Of a stretch of DNA of 64,000 nt, positions 1 through 22,019 are shown in pieces (the first letter of the stretch is position 1; the number at the start of each line of letters is the position of its first letter). Under the pieces are notes generated by a model. The model was given only the letters and a program-made list of their open reading frames with translations. It had not been told where the DNA came from and did no database searches. The stretch comes from the human T2T-CHM13v2.0 reference genome, Homo sapiens: the NCBI RefSeq assembly GCF_009914755.1, contig NC_060929.1; one strand, 5' to 3'. A program made the translations under genes and the position numbers.

Positions 1-1410
<1,410 letters not shown>

Positions 1411-2459
1411 CTGTACACGCTTTTTTCATTTCAACTGTAAATATTTGTATATGTTTGTATGTAGGGGTGTGTGTGTGTGAGTGTGCATTTTTAATTAGTG
1501 TCTATGGCTAAGTCCTGTGAAGGTTACAAAGATGAATGGCAGAATGAAAATTGTTCCAGCTCTCAAAGAGCTTATAAATTAATAGGATATTTTAAATAAT
1601 TTAACTGATTTGTGTGATTAAATATAAATTTTAAAAAACTATCTTCATTTTGTTGATGCTTGAAGAACAAGGCAGGATGCAGATTCCTATTAGTGGAAGT
1701 TAACATGGTCAACAATAGCATGACCTCACATTGCAGGTTCACATTATCAACATGGTGCCAAGTTTTGTTTAAAAACTTTTGCATATTTTTTGTGGCAATT
1801 TGTACAACAATACGACTGAAAACAAGCTGGCGTGATGGCGTGGGAAAATTCAACGCCATTGATCAGATTTCAGAGGTCATAGATGAAATACTCTTTTAAG
1901 CTTAGTGCTTACTGGCAGGAGGGGATACAGATGTTAAACTCCATAGATTTGTGTGAAATAGAATTTGTCCTTCCAAAGAGGCTTTTAATGTAGAAAGTGC
2001 TGAGAATCTTTTTCTCTAGGACATGACAAAGTCTTGTCACCATTTGATGACACTGCTGAGATTGTGGAGACAAGGTCTTGCCGTGTTGCTCAGGCTGGTC
2101 TCAAACTCCTGGGCTCAAGTGATCCTTCTGCCTCGACCTCCCAAAGTGTCGGGATTACAGGCATGAGAAACTGCCCGGCCGCTGTCGTACATTCAATTTC
2201 TGGAATTTCATAAACTTTGAGTGAATGAATGCTATGTCTGGGTGAAATAGATGCTTTATATCCCTACGTTGAGCACCCAAAAGCCAAATGTGGAGCTGAA
2301 CAATGCATTTAACTGGGATAGATTACCAATGGAAAGGCAGGAATTATTTTTTTCCCAAATGACAAAGCTTTAAGTAAAGTGGGATGATAAATTACCCACT
2401 GAGACAACTCAGAAAATACAGAAAACTTTTCTTTAATGTTGATTTTTGTTTTGTTTTTA

Positions 2460-4875
<2,416 letters not shown>

Positions 4876-5679
4876 TTAGACATGAAGACTTTTTTCTTTC
4901 ATTAGTCGTGATTTTCTAAGCATGCTGCCCAAGCAAAGGCAGTGTCAACAGGTGGCTGCAGCACTGGCCCACCTGGCTCTGACATTCACACCCCGAGGGT
5001 TTGGACAAAATGCTTCACTCCCATTTGTCTCAGTTTGTTTATCTGTAAAATAGGGGTGCCATTGTCAGTACTTATCTCTTTGGGTCCCATTGAGGAATCA
5101 CCCTGATAATATAAACAACGTGCTTTGAATAGAGTCTGGCTGAACTTGGCCCATCCTGAATTGCTCTATAAATGTTAGTGCTTTTGTTCATATCCTCTGT
5201 AATGGGACTTAACCACAGACTTTTGCAGATCACTTTGGAGTTCTGCCTTGGCACCAAATGAATATGGATGAAATCGAAACAAGAACATAAGGACGGTGAT
5301 GGACAGATAGCTTAAGAACCAGAAGCCAGACACTGTTGCAGGGATGTCTGTGATTTCCAAGCAGAACTGATATGTGATTAGGCTGTCTCCCTCAAGAAAC
5401 CCAGCTATGGTCATCCTTATCTGGGACCCTTGAATTGTTTGTTGTTTTGTATCCATGCAAACAAAGATAGGAAATCTTCACATAAGCAACTTACATATTT
5501 GCTTCAAAGGAATGTTAACTTAATTGTTCTATCTTTGTTTCCTTGAGAACTGCTTAGATATATTTTCTCTCTTGTGTTTATCAGAAGATGAAAATTTTAT
5601 AAAAACAGGCTTTACTGAGGAATTCTTCTATATATTCAAAGCTATCAGCTGGGTGTAGTAGATCATACCTGCAATCCTA

Positions 5680-5928
<249 letters not shown>

Positions 5929-7140
5929 TCAATAAAAAAAAAAAGAAAAAAGAAATGTTAGCTAGTGAAGTTGATGCAAAATCCTTGGAACTACAACCGT
6001 GTCTGCATATGTTTCTGTGAGATAAACCCTCTGAATGGCTTCCCTGATTATGCGAAGTAGTAGCTTGAGTTTTCATAGGTGACCACTGTAGTCTTTAGTT
6101 TCTCCAGAGTCAAGGTTAATTGGAGGAGGCGATTACACTGGGAATCCAGAGAAGCAGACACACAGCATCCTGGGAACGGCGGCTGTTTGGAAAAGTCTCC
6201 TTGGCCACTGGTTGCTTTACGGCAGGCAGATGGAGGCCAACCAGGAAGCAGCGTTTTTCTCCCACGTTGGCGGTGATTCCCACTCTAAAAGAAACCTCTG
6301 GGGTCTCCCAATGTAAGGAAGACCACTGTGAAAAACGCGATCACTTTGATTCCATCAATGTTGCTGTGCTAGGAAGAGACCTAAGTCACCCCTGGCATCC
6401 TCCCACTGAAATCCAATATCTACTTCTCTGCTCCTTGTATCAAGGACCTAGAATTTCACTTTGTGTTTCTTCTGGAATTCTAAGATCCTATCCCTAACCA
6501 TGAAGGTCATGAGCTCATTAAACGTTTCTATATACACCGAGTATTTTAAAAAAATAGCAGACTAATGCTGACAATGTTAAAAAATAATGTCGATAAAAAT
6601 AATACTGATAATATTAAAATATTTTGGAGTGGCTCTCCTTTTTTTTTTTGAGACAGGATCTCACTCTGGAGTGCAGTGACGTGATTTTCAGCTGACTGCA
6701 GCCTCGCCCTCTTGGGCACAAGTGATCCTCCCACCTCAGCCTCTCAAGTAGCTGGGACTGTAAGTGCGCACCATCACTCCTGGCTACTTTTTGTAGAGAT
6801 GGGGTTTTGTCATGTTGCGCAGGCTGCTGGAGTGGCTCTCTTTAAATAATAGTTTAAAAGGAATAATTTATCTCACTTGAGCAAGTTATTAAAATGAAGT
6901 TTCAAATGCAATATTTATTTTTCTTTTTTTTTGGTGTTTTTTTGTTTTTTTCAAATGCAGTATTTAAACAGTCAACTTTATATCAGTCATGACCAGCAAT
7001 TGCCCAAATAAACAGAAAAATGCAACTTTCTTTCAGTTTCTTCATAATGTCTATAATTTTGAAGTAGATGACTGAAACGATGAGAAAAAAATAGAAAAAT
7101 TGACAATTTTACTGTATTTAAAATGACACCATTTTCCTGC

Positions 7141-7270
7141 ATAGTTTGGATTCCATCAGTCAGCATTGATTTGGGTTTACTTCAGTTTAATTTAGTAGGA
7201 ACCCCCAGCTAAACTCCAGAAGGGGGAGGAGTACAAATTTTCATTTTTACCAAGGTCTTGTTTATAAAGA
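7141..7270 (+). repeat. Left arm of a 130 bp inverted repeat (partner 9161-9290)
   Basis: Manual alignment to the reverse complement of 9161-9290: 122/130 identical, no gaps. Confidence 0.95.
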
Positions 7271-7798
7271 GCCTCAAGTTTCTTCAAAAATGGGGATAAT
7301 AACACATTTTCTGTGAGAATCGGTAAGTATACGCAAAGACAGTCTTCACACACCAGGCATTAAAATACATAAATATCAAAGACCGTATTGGAAAATTATT
7401 TGGTCACTTAGCTAAACTAAAGGATAAGATTAGAAAATCAAAATGGAACTTGGTCTAGGACAAAGCTCACGATGTATTTGGGCCAAAGTGTCATTCTACC
7501 ATTGTTAGGGGAATTCCCATCAACTGCCAAAGCTTGGGCTCTGCCCAGAAAGGGATTAATTCCAAGACAGTGTTCCCTGAGTGCCTTCCAACCACACCCA
7601 CTACTACTCAGTGCCTTCTGGACACCCCAAATGCTGTCTTATTCATGCCAACTTTTATATTTTTGAAATATGCTTCTGCAATACAATTTATAAAGAGGGG
7701 AGAACACAGACTTTAGGGAAGGCGCTCTCTCTCCAGTCAGTTTCCTCAAGGCTCATAAATTCCCGGCACCTGGCTTCATTCTCAGACAATGAATCCAC

Positions 7799-7922
7799 GA
7801 TTTTCTGGCTTCAGTACAAAGCAGGGAGGACCTAGCTCCTGGCTGTTTGTGAATCTCTTCGATTTTCCGGCTTCAATACAAAGCAGGGAGGACCTAGCTC
7901 CTGGCTGTTTGTGAATCTCTTC
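7799..7922. repeat. Tandem duplication, 2 x 62 bp
   Basis: GATTTTCYGGCTTCARTACAAAGCAGGGAGGACCTAGCTCCTGGCTGTTTGTGAATCTCTTC occurs twice with 2 differences. Confidence 0.95.
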
Positions 7923-7945
7923 GTCTCCTATAAAACAACAGTTCT

Positions 7946-8576
<631 letters not shown>

Positions 8577-9160
8577 TCCTGCATAACAGCACTAAGTATT
8601 GCCTCCTCTCCTCTCAGTTTTGCATTTTTTTTCAGGTAGAAGAGATTATCTGCAATATGGAATTTGCACATTCGTATTGTCTTCTCCTGGGAAGTTGCCT
8701 AGACACATGCCCCAATTTGGAAGTCCTTTTGTAATTTAGCTATGCCGTTTTCCTGGGGTTGAAGTTCAGGGGAGAAGCACAGCCTGAGATTTACTCTCCT
8801 CTCTTCACCTTTGCTTCTCCCTCTCAAAGTAGAGTCTCATTCAAAGCAAAGTGTCCTTGGCAACCAGTTTAGCAAGTTTTTCTTTTTTTTTTCTTTTGGG
8901 ATTCTTGGCTGCCAGTGTGGGGCTGTTCGAGATGAGCCTCATCCAGCAGTTTTAATCTTGTGGCTCTAGGTGGGACTTTTACTGGATAAGCTGAGACTCA
9001 GTAACAGGCAGAGTTGTCTGGAGGTTGGCAAAACCTACTGGATGACCCTCAAGCTCTTTAACACGTCTACTATGTGTCTGCCTTTGTTACAGTAGCTTTT
9101 CTCTGGGGCAGTATGGGACAAACGGGCTGCCTGCCAAGGTAAAATGTGACTAAATTCATT

Positions 9161-9290
9161 TCTTTATAAACAAGACCTTGGTGAAAATGAAAATTTGTAC
9201 TCCTCTCCACTCTGGAGCTTAGCTGGAGGTTCCTACTAAATTAAACTGAAGTAAACCCAAATCAATGCTGACTAATAGAATCCAAACTAT
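9161..9290 (-). repeat. Right arm of a 130 bp inverted repeat (partner 7141-7270)
   Basis: TCTTTATAAACAAGACCTTGG...GAATCCAAACTAT is the reverse complement of ATAGTTTGGATTC...CCAAGGTCTTGTTTATAAAGA. Confidence 0.95.
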
Positions 9291-9642
9291 TAGGCTCTGG
9301 AAGGAGGCTCTGGAAGCCCAATGGCAGAGAATTAAGAATAGAAATCTCCCTTCTGGCTCCTAGGCCTGTGGTCTGAATTATTTCCTGTACTTCTGCCCTC
9401 TTGTCTACTTGCATCAGTGATTAAGAACATTTGGGGCCAGCGCAGTGGCTCACGCCTGTAATCCCAGCACTTTGGGAGGCTGAGGCCAGTGGATCACTTG
9501 AGGTTGGAAGTTTGAGACCAGCCTGGCCAACATGGTAAAACCCCATCTGTACTAAAAACACAAAAATTAGGCCCGGCAAGGTGGCTCACACCTGTAATCC
9601 CAGCACTTTGGGAGTCCAAGGTGGACGGATCACCTGAGGTCA

Positions 9643-9825
<183 letters not shown>

Positions 9826-9929
9826 TCAAAAAATAAATAAAATCCTTTCTCTAACATCAGAGTTTTAGCCTTTGCACATGGCTATCTTCTTAGGCACAGT
9901 TTGTAGAAGAAAGTATTACGTTTATTTAA

Positions 9930-11950
<2,021 letters not shown>

Positions 11951-12697
11951 GGAGTTAGAAGGTTTGGGTCCAGGTTGCAGCTTGAACACTCAGGGGTCTG
12001 TCACCCCCTGCATGGTGGCTCCGCTTCTTCAGCTGTAAACTTGCGATTATAATATTTGCATCATGATGGTACCCTTAGGATAGACCTAAAGTGGTGCCGG
12101 ATGCTCAATAAACATTGGCTGCATATTGTCAATGAATAAATAGAATTCCTGTGTCTAAACAGCGAAGAACATTTATTTTACTTGCCAAGTGTCTCTTTAT
12201 TTTACTTGCCAATTGTCTCTTCATTTTGACATTCACTCATTCACTATCAGGGAGTCTCACTATCAGTGAGGAGAAAGGTGGGATGGGAGGGCAGGAATTC
12301 TAGTGTATCCGGACAAATAAGCCACTATTAACTGAGCATTTATGAGGTGCCTGGGGCTGTCATCTCTTTTCATACATTGTCTCATTTTATTCTCATAGCA
12401 ACCTTAGGAGATAGCTACTTCAAGGTTCCAGTTTTACAGATGAGACTAGGTAGTGTACCCAAGAACATGGCAGCTAAAGAATCTGAAGTCGGATTAGGAC
12501 CCAGGTCCAGCTGATTCCAAAACTCAATTATTATTTACCCTTCCTGCCATGCTGTCAGCCGAGGAGGGCTCTCCTAAGTCTCTCCACTGACACTGGGTGA
12601 GGCTCCCCGTCACCTCCCATCTTCTCTTTCTTAGCCTAAGGTTGCACAGCTGCCAAGTAAGTGGTGGGATCAAATTTCTTTCTTTCTTTCTTTTTGA

Positions 12698-12892
<195 letters not shown>

Positions 12893-13089
12893 TGAACTCC
12901 TGACCTCAGGTGATCTGCCTGCCTTGGTCTCCCAAAGTGGTGGGATTACAGGTGTGAGCCACCGCACCGGCCTAAATGCTACACAATTTAAGAGCTTGTT
13001 TGGATTAATGCAGGACCCACAGCTCATTACTTAACAATCACTGAGTATACGTGTTCCAAATGCACAGGGGGTTATTCCTAAGAAAGCAA

Positions 13090-13373
13090 TCAGCCTAGTG
13101 GACCGCAGAATGCCATTATAAGGTCTGTTTGCTCTGAGAAGGGGACTGCCCAACTCTCCCTATAAAATACCAAGTGAAGCCCCCCAGATGAAGCAGTTAA
13201 TATGCTTCATATGCAAGCCATGGTGGACTAGCTTTATATTCTCCCAGCAAATAGGCCTATTACCCAGGCCATGGTAAATTCGGGGCCTAAGGGGACCCCT
13301 TTTACATGGGTGCCCCTCCCACAGAATCATGGGACTGTTTAAGCAGCCTTGACAAATCTGCTCTCCCTCATAG
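13090..13373 (+). pseudogene. Retroviral gag(CA)-like remnant with stops and frameshifts
   Basis: Manual translation NAIIRSVCSEKGDCPTLPI/NTK*SPPDEAVNMLHMQAMVD*LYILPANRPITQAMVNSGPKGTPFTW...TV*AALTNLLSLI, resuming as GLT after the LTR12 insertion. It resembles class III ERV gag from memory. Confidence 0.5.
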
Positions 13374-14942
13374 TGAGAGGTGACAGCCTGCTGGCAGCTC
13401 TCCCAGCCCTTGCTCTCTGCGTTCCTCCTTGGCCTTGGTGCCCATTCTGGCCGCACTTGAGGAGCCCTTCAGCCCGCCGCTGCACCGTGGGAGCCCTTCC
13501 CTGGGCCGGCCGAGGCCGGAGCCGGCACCCTCGGCTAGCGGGGAGGTGTGGAGGGAGAGGCGCGGAGGGAGAGGCGAGGGCGGGAACCGGGACTGCCGCG
13601 GGGCGCCTGAGAGCCAGCGCGAGTTCAGGTGGGCGTGGGCTCCGTGGGCCCTCACTCAGAGCGGCCGGCTAGCCCGCCGGCTAGCGGCAGAGAGGAGCTT
13701 AGCAACTGGGCCAGTAGCTGCTGTGCTCGACTTCTCCCGGCCTTAGCTGCCTCCCCGCAAGGCAGGGCTCCGAACCTGCAGCCCGCCATGCCTGAGCCTC
13801 CCCCAACCACACCCCGCTCCGCTCCTGCGCTGCGGGAGCCTCCCGGAGGAGCGCCGCCCCCTGCTCCACGGCGCCCAGTCCCATAGACCACCCAAGGGCT
13901 GAGGAGTGCGGGTGCATGGCGCAGGACTGGCAGGCAGCTCCACCTGCGGCCCTGGTATGGGATCCACCGGGTGAAGCCAGCTGGGCTCCTGAGTGTGGTG
14001 GGGACTTGGAGAATCTTTATGTCTAGCTAAGGGATTGTAAATACACCAATCAGCACTCGTATCTAGCTCAAGGTTTGTAAACATACCAATCAGCACCCTG
14101 TGTCTAGCTCAGGGTTTGTGAATGTACCAATCAGCACTCTGTATCCAGTTAATCTGGTGGGGACTTGGAGAACCTTTTTATGTCTAGCTAAGGGATTGTG
14201 AATGCACCAATCGGCAGTCTGTATCTAGCTCAAGGTTTGTAAATGCACCAATCAGCACTCTGTGTCTAGCTCAGGGTTTGTAAATACACCAATCGGCAGG
14301 CTGTATCTAGCTAATCTAGTGGGGACAGAGAACTTTTGCGTCTAGCTCAGGGATTGTAAAGGCACCAATCAGCAGCGTGTCAAAATGGACCAATCAGCTC
14401 TCTGTAAAACAGACCAATTGGCTCTCTGTAAAATGGACCAATCAGCAGAATGTGGGTGGGGCCAGATAAGAGAATAAAAGCAGGCTGCCCGAATCAGCAG
14501 CGGCTATTTGCTTGGATCTGCTTCTGGGTCGTGGAGGGTTTATATTTTTTTTTTTTTTTTTTTTTAGTTTTAGCTGTTTGCAGTAAGTCTTGCTGCTGCT
14601 TGCTGTTTGGGTCCACATTGCTTTTATGAGTTATAACACTCCTTGAGAAGGTCTGTAGCTTCACTCCTTGAAGCCAGTGAGATCACGAACTCACCAGGAA
14701 GAACGAACAATTCCAGACGCGCCATTTTAAGAGCTGTAATACTCACCGTGAAGGTCTGCAGCTTTACTCCTGAGCCAGTAAGACCACGAACCCCACAGAA
14801 GGAAGAAACTCTGAAGACGTCCGAATGTCAGGAGGAACCAAGTCTGACCACACTGCTTTTAAGAACTGTAACACTCACTTCGAGGGTGCACGGCTTCATT
14901 CTTGAAGTCAGTGAGACCAAGAACCCCCCAATTCTGCACAGA
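13374..14942 (+). mobile_element. Solo LTR12 (ERV9 LTR, LTR12C/D/E-like)
   Basis: Starts TGAGAGGTGACAGC. Has a GC/CpG-rich 5' part, tandem CACCAATCAGCAC..TCTAGCT CCAAT (NF-Y) repeats at ~14020-14445, an AATAAAA TATA-like box at ~14473, and ends GAGACCAAGAACCCCCCAATTCTGCACAGA. 4 bp TSD ATAG (13370-13373 / 14943-14946). Confidence 0.95.
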
Positions 14943-15056
14943 ATAGGTCTTACAGCTGTAATTCTGGGAACCCAAACCCTTTTCACCAGAAAAGGTAAAA
15001 TGGTCTGTGAGAGAAAAAAGGGTTTCTGAGTCCAGAACATAAAAACATACAGTTTA

Positions 15057-15410
<354 letters not shown>

Positions 15411-16418
15411 CTAAAAGTCTTAGGAAAATGGGTGCCATATTTAATGGGGGGATGCTTTTCCCCTTTCCAGTACTATAAAAACTGAAGATACATAAATTTG
15501 CTCTTTTAGGAAATGTTATTTGAATACACTAAGTAGGAACTAGTAAAATTGTCTAAGCTTACAAAATATAGGATAAAACTGGAATACTACTCGAGACAAT
15601 TCCTCTTTTGCATAGCCTTTTAAGTGGAGTTTTTGTTTTTTTCCTTTATCAGGGCCGATGCCAAAAACTGAGTACTTTTTCAATAATAGCTGCTGAATTA
15701 GAGAATTTCTGTTTGGGGCATTTACTGCCTTGCTATGGAACATTAACTGAAGCTCCCCCTATGCTAATGGAAATAATGTTTCCCAGAAGAGTCCATGATA
15801 AAATAAAAATGGTTTACACAAAATCTTGCTACCTAGTAAGTAGAGAGCCTCTTTTCTAGGACTAATTGCGAGGAGCTGCTAAATTCTGCAGGGCCTAATA
15901 GCTCTCATGAGCTGTTTGGCTTGCAAATGGCATTTCCAAGGTAAACAAACATCTTGTTTTAAAAGCTGCTGCTCTGGTTAAAGAAGGGTCAAGAAAATCT
16001 TTTTTCTTTTACGTTATTTGGGTAAAGTATGTTTTTGCAAGCAAATTTACTTTTGAGTCCTCCAAAATTCAGATTGTAATTTTATGACAATATGGTTGTC
16101 TGCATAAGTTCAATAATAGTTTTTTTTTTTTTGATTGGAGACACTGGTTATTTTACCAAGACTGAAACTAAAATAGCCTATTTTTAGGTAAAGTTTCAGC
16201 AAAACCAACTCAAAAGGAGTCTATATGGCCAGTCAATTCTTGCTGCATTTTATGCAGATAGTCAGATAAGCATAATAAGCCTAAAACTTACCTTGCACAC
16301 AAATTGGCCTTGCTATAATTTTCTCTTTGATAAAAAAGGTGGCTAAAAAAAATTGTTTCAAGGATAAAGCATAACACTTAATACTAGATTTCAGCCCTAA
16401 CTTTTTGAATGCAGATTA

Positions 16419-16589
<171 letters not shown>

Positions 16590-16592
16590 TCA

Positions 16593-16781
<189 letters not shown>

Positions 16782-17220
16782 TTATTTGGTGCCCTAATGG
16801 AATAGGTTCCTTTTTCTATTCTGACATATGAATTACTCTTGTAATTCTCAAACTGTAAATGTTATTTATTTCTCCTTGTTTTACTTCCAAGGAAACCAAA
16901 ATCATGGTATTTTGAAGACCAGAGATATGAGTCTCCGTTGTTTGGCATCCCACTGACCCCACATCTGTTTCGCTGCTAATGCTCTGCTGCCAGAACTATC
17001 CAAGCTGCCTCCCTCTGGGCCCAGGGACTATCGCTGAAGAGGTGGGTGTGTAAGATTGTAAGAGCTGGCTTTGTGGGAAAAAATTAGGTCAAGGTCAAAC
17101 CCTCCAAATCAAGAAGGAGGTACAAAAATGCCTAAACAGCTGGTAAAGCAAGTTTAGTTGTCTTCTAAACTATTATGTGTCGCTTTTACATCCACCCCAA
17201 CCAAAAAATATTCTGCCTAC

Positions 17221-17723
17221 TTTCATGCGCGTCCGTGTGAAGAGACCACCAAACAGGCTTTGTGTGAGCAATAAAGCTGTTTATTTCACCTGGGTGCAGG
17301 TGGGCTGAGTCTGAAAAGAGAGTCAGCGAAGGGAGATAAGGGTGGGGCTGTTTTATAGGATTTGGGTAGATAAAGGAAAATTACAGTCAAAGGGGAGTTG
17401 TTCTGTGGTGGGCAGAGTGGGGGTCACGAGGTGCTCAGTGGGGGAGACTTTTGAGCCAGGATGAGCCAGGAGAAGGAATTTCACAAGGTAATGTCATCAC
17501 TTAAGGCAAGGACCGGCCATTTTTACTACTTTTGTAGTGGAATATCATCAGTTAAGGCAAGGACCGGCCATTCACACTTATTTTGTGGTGGAATGTTATC
17601 AGTTAAGGCGGGGCAGGGCATATTCACTTCTCTTGTGATTCTTCAGTTACTTCAGGCCATCTGGAAGTATACATGCAAGTCACAGGGGTTGCGATGGCTT
17701 GGCTTGGGCTCAGAGGCCTGACA
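17221..17723 (-). mobile_element. Solo LTR7 (HERV-H LTR)
   Basis: Reverse complement begins TGTCAGGCCTCTGAGCCCAAGCCAAGCCATCGC and ends CTCTTCACACGGACGCGCATGAAA. Perfect 5 bp TSD CCTAC (17216-17220 / 17724-17728). TATA (TATAAAA) and AATAAA are intact on the minus strand. Confidence 0.96.
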
Positions 17724-17873
17724 CCTACTATAGAGTTAAAGACAATTATTTACTAACAGGATGAAAATACCTTGTAACAGGCTGGGCGCAGTGGCTCACG
17801 CCTGTAATCCCAGCACTTTGGGAGGCTGAGGTGGGCGGATCACGAGGTCAGGAGATTGAGACCGTCCTGGCTA

Positions 17874-18101
<228 letters not shown>

Positions 18102-18599
18102 CTAGGTATAACACTCCCAATTATGAGTTGTGAAGATAAATCTCTGTCTCTCTATCTGTATTTTTCAGAACAATGCTTATATTTTGTGTAGTTAATTGCT
18201 ATATATCTGTAACAAAAACCAAGCTCACAGGAGTTCAACACATAGAAGTTAAAAATAAGTCGGTCTTGTAACTTTTCCTTTTGGTTTTGTTGTTGGCTTT
18301 TTAACTTAATAATTTTAAGAAGTAACAAATGCTTGTCCACATCCATTCCTATCTGGCCTAGAACAATTAATTGGCTATAAGCCTTTTGACTCTTTTTTTT
18401 TTTTTTTTTTTTTGAGACGGAGTTTCGCTCTTGTTGCTCTGGCTGGAGCGCAATTATGACTTCTGTGACAAAACCTCCTTTCCTTTCCCAAATACCAGTA
18501 TATGTGCAATACGAAGGTGGTAGGAAAAATAGATTTGTCTACTGTTAACAAGTCTATAACAATTTAGACATTTAGGACCAGGCATTCCTTGCACGTGAT

Positions 18600-19310
<711 letters not shown>

Positions 19311-19614
19311 TTTTTTTTTTTTTTTTTTTTTTTCCAGACTAAACCCTAGGCCTGACTTCATCTCACCCCTTAAACAATTGGCTATTTTATCAGGTCAGAC
19401 CGTGTCCTCTCCCCCATGATCCAAATCGCTAATATTTTAAAACTGTTACCACCAACCAGACTACTCCAGGAATGAGCCTTCCTAGCACTGAGAGACCTCG
19501 CCAAATGACCAAATCAGATAACTCTAGGAATGAGCCTTCCTAGCACTGTGGGACCTGTTGCTGTTTGGCCTGTATATGCATGCTATGGAATGCTTTTCGG
19601 CCAAGAGTGGGGAC

Positions 19615-20356
19615 TGAAGACTAAACTCTGATTTTTTTTTTCTTGCCCAAATTCCTATCTAAGGGGTCCAGTCATGCCCTACGAACATAAATTCTCATCA
19701 GATGGGTTTTATTTGACCCTATATATCATGATTTGCTTCCCAACCTGACTCTGGCATAACATTACGAGACAAAGAAGAAAATAAAAATATTTTACCCCAA
19801 AACATGTTTCTTTGTCATATTTTGAAATGACCCTGCAAAGCTGTTCTTTGTGGGGGAAAATTTGCGTCTGTAAAGAATTGCTATTAACATAGCTAGATCT
19901 TTTTCTTCTAGACCCTCCCAATCCTAAAAAGATTAATTAAGGTCTGAATAGGAAACATTTGTCATCTATTATCTCTAAGGGCAGCCACTGTAAGACTTCA
20001 ATATAACTTTGGTTTCCACAATCTTTATCTTAACCTGAACATTCCCTTTCTATCTATCCCAGGACTAGACAAACTCAACCAATTGTCAATCAGAAAATGT
20101 TAAAATTCACCAATAGCCTGGAAGCCCCCACTTTGAGTTGTTCCGCCTTTCTGGACCAAACCAATGTATTTCATGTATTTCTTAAATGCATTTGATTGAT
20201 GTCTCATGCCTCCCTAGAATGGATAAAACCAAACTGCACCCTGGCCACTTTGGGTAGATACATGTTCTCAGGACATCCTGAGGGCTGTGTCACAGGCAGG
20301 ATCACTCGTTTTTGGCTCTTCAAATATTTTACACAGTTCGACTCTCTTCGTCGACA
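19615..20356 (+). mobile_element. MER4-family LTR (3' LTR of the decayed ERV)
   Basis: TG...CA ends. Contains TTTTACCCCAAAACATGTTTCTTTG..TGAAATGACCCTGCAAAGCTG and terminal CTCTTCAAATATTTTACA..GACTCTCTTCGTCGACA, typical of MER4 LTRs. Subfamily uncertain. Confidence 0.8.
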
Positions 20357-22019
20357 CAGACGCTATAGTTCTTTTAAAATAATTTTTTAAATTTAATTTT
20401 TTTTGTTTTTTTGAGATGGAGTCCCGCTCTGTCACCCAGGCTAGAGTGTAGTGGCTCGATCTTGGCTCACTGAAGCTCCGCCTCCCTGATTCACGCCATT
20501 CTCCTGCCTCAGCCTCCCGAGTAGCTGGGACTACAGGCGCCTGCCATCGTGCCCGGCTAATTTTTTGTATTTTTAGTAGAGACGGAGTTTCACTGTGTTA
20601 GCCAGGATGGTCTCGATCTTCTGACCTTGTGATCCACCTGCCTCTGCCTCCCAAAGTGCTGGGATTACAGGTGTGAGCCACTGCGCCAGGCCATGAATTT
20701 TTTTTTTTTTTTTTTTTTAATATAGTGATGGAGTCTCAGTGTGTTGCTCAGGCTGGTCTTGAACTCCTGAGCTCAAGCAATCCTTCTGCCTAAGCCTTCC
20801 AAAGTACTGGGATTACAGGTGTGAGCCACCTATCCAGCCCTAAACCTAGTAGTTCTAATTTCTTTTCTGTTCCGGAACACTCGGTTGGAAGGATAGACCA
20901 CACCTATCTGGAGTGGATAACTGTAAATTGAACATGTCTCACAAATCATCTCGCCTGATGGGTATGGGTATCCTATCCCCACCCTGAGGCCTTTTTCTTG
21001 AGAATCAATAGTGTGAGGAAAATAAGATGGATTCAGGTCATTTGGGGCAGCCAATCGAGGATGGCTGAGCTTTTGGAATTGCTGATACACACACCTGTGC
21101 AAGCTTGGATTTAGGAAAGACAACTTCATTTTATCAACAAGAAAAATTGGAGTCCCTGAAAGATCTCTTTCTGTTTATCTTTTTCTAATATGTCTTTTCT
21201 GGGGAATAAGTGACTGTGGAGTAGTTTAAAAGCTGCCGCTCCTTGGCCAGTGGATCTCTACCTTGTAAAAATATTAGTTCTTGCTGGGTGGGAATTTGAA
21301 TATCTTGGAGATATGAAAGGGTGTGCTTGCTGCTCTATTTAGAACTGACTACAATCAGCACTTAGCGTGTGTCCGGCTGGCTCGCCAGAGGGAGAGTAAG
21401 AATCCTTGAACTAGCCACAATAACCCTTTCCTTCCAACCTTGTAGCTCTGTGCACGCCCTTAGAGATAAACCAGCCTACTCAATGCAAGGGCAACTCCCA
21501 TGCCACAGTTTCTCTCGGGCTGCCGTCCAGGCAGGTGTCTGGAAGCGTGATTTACGATCATGATGAGTAGGCAGATTGGGGCTGCTTCTTCCATTGTTGT
21601 TTGCCTAAGGGACTAGTATGACTCCCACTCCCCCATTTCTGGGAGTTTTTGAAGTCCAAGGATAAAGATTTAATACGTGAAGGCATGAGGCCTCTCTGCA
21701 CATCTTCTGCACGCTTCTCTGACCTGGCTTTCATTGGGGGTGGTCTGACTGGGCCGAAAGCCAGATGAGGGATGAGGCCAGAGGCTCATGTTTGCCCCCT
21801 GGCCGCCCTTCTGAGGTTCCAGGAATCCTCTCTCTGTCGCAAATATCTTGCCAACTTGAAAACTCCTCACAGACAAAGAAATCTATATATTTTAAGTAGC
21901 ATTGAATTCCAGAATCCAGCTAATGCAGGATCTGTTACAGACCAGTAAACCAGAATAATATGTGTATAAAAAGGTAGATGCCTAGGAGAGCCTGCCTCAC
22001 CAGCCAGAATGTGGATCCA

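Noticed and set aside
12172-12227. 24 bp tandem duplication (TTTATTTTACTTGCCAAKTGTCTC)
   Set aside because: An ordinary slippage duplication with no sign of function.
13400-13990. CpG-island-like gene promoter
   Set aside because: The GC/CpG richness is fully explained by the LTR12 U3 region. The same applies to 34615-35034.
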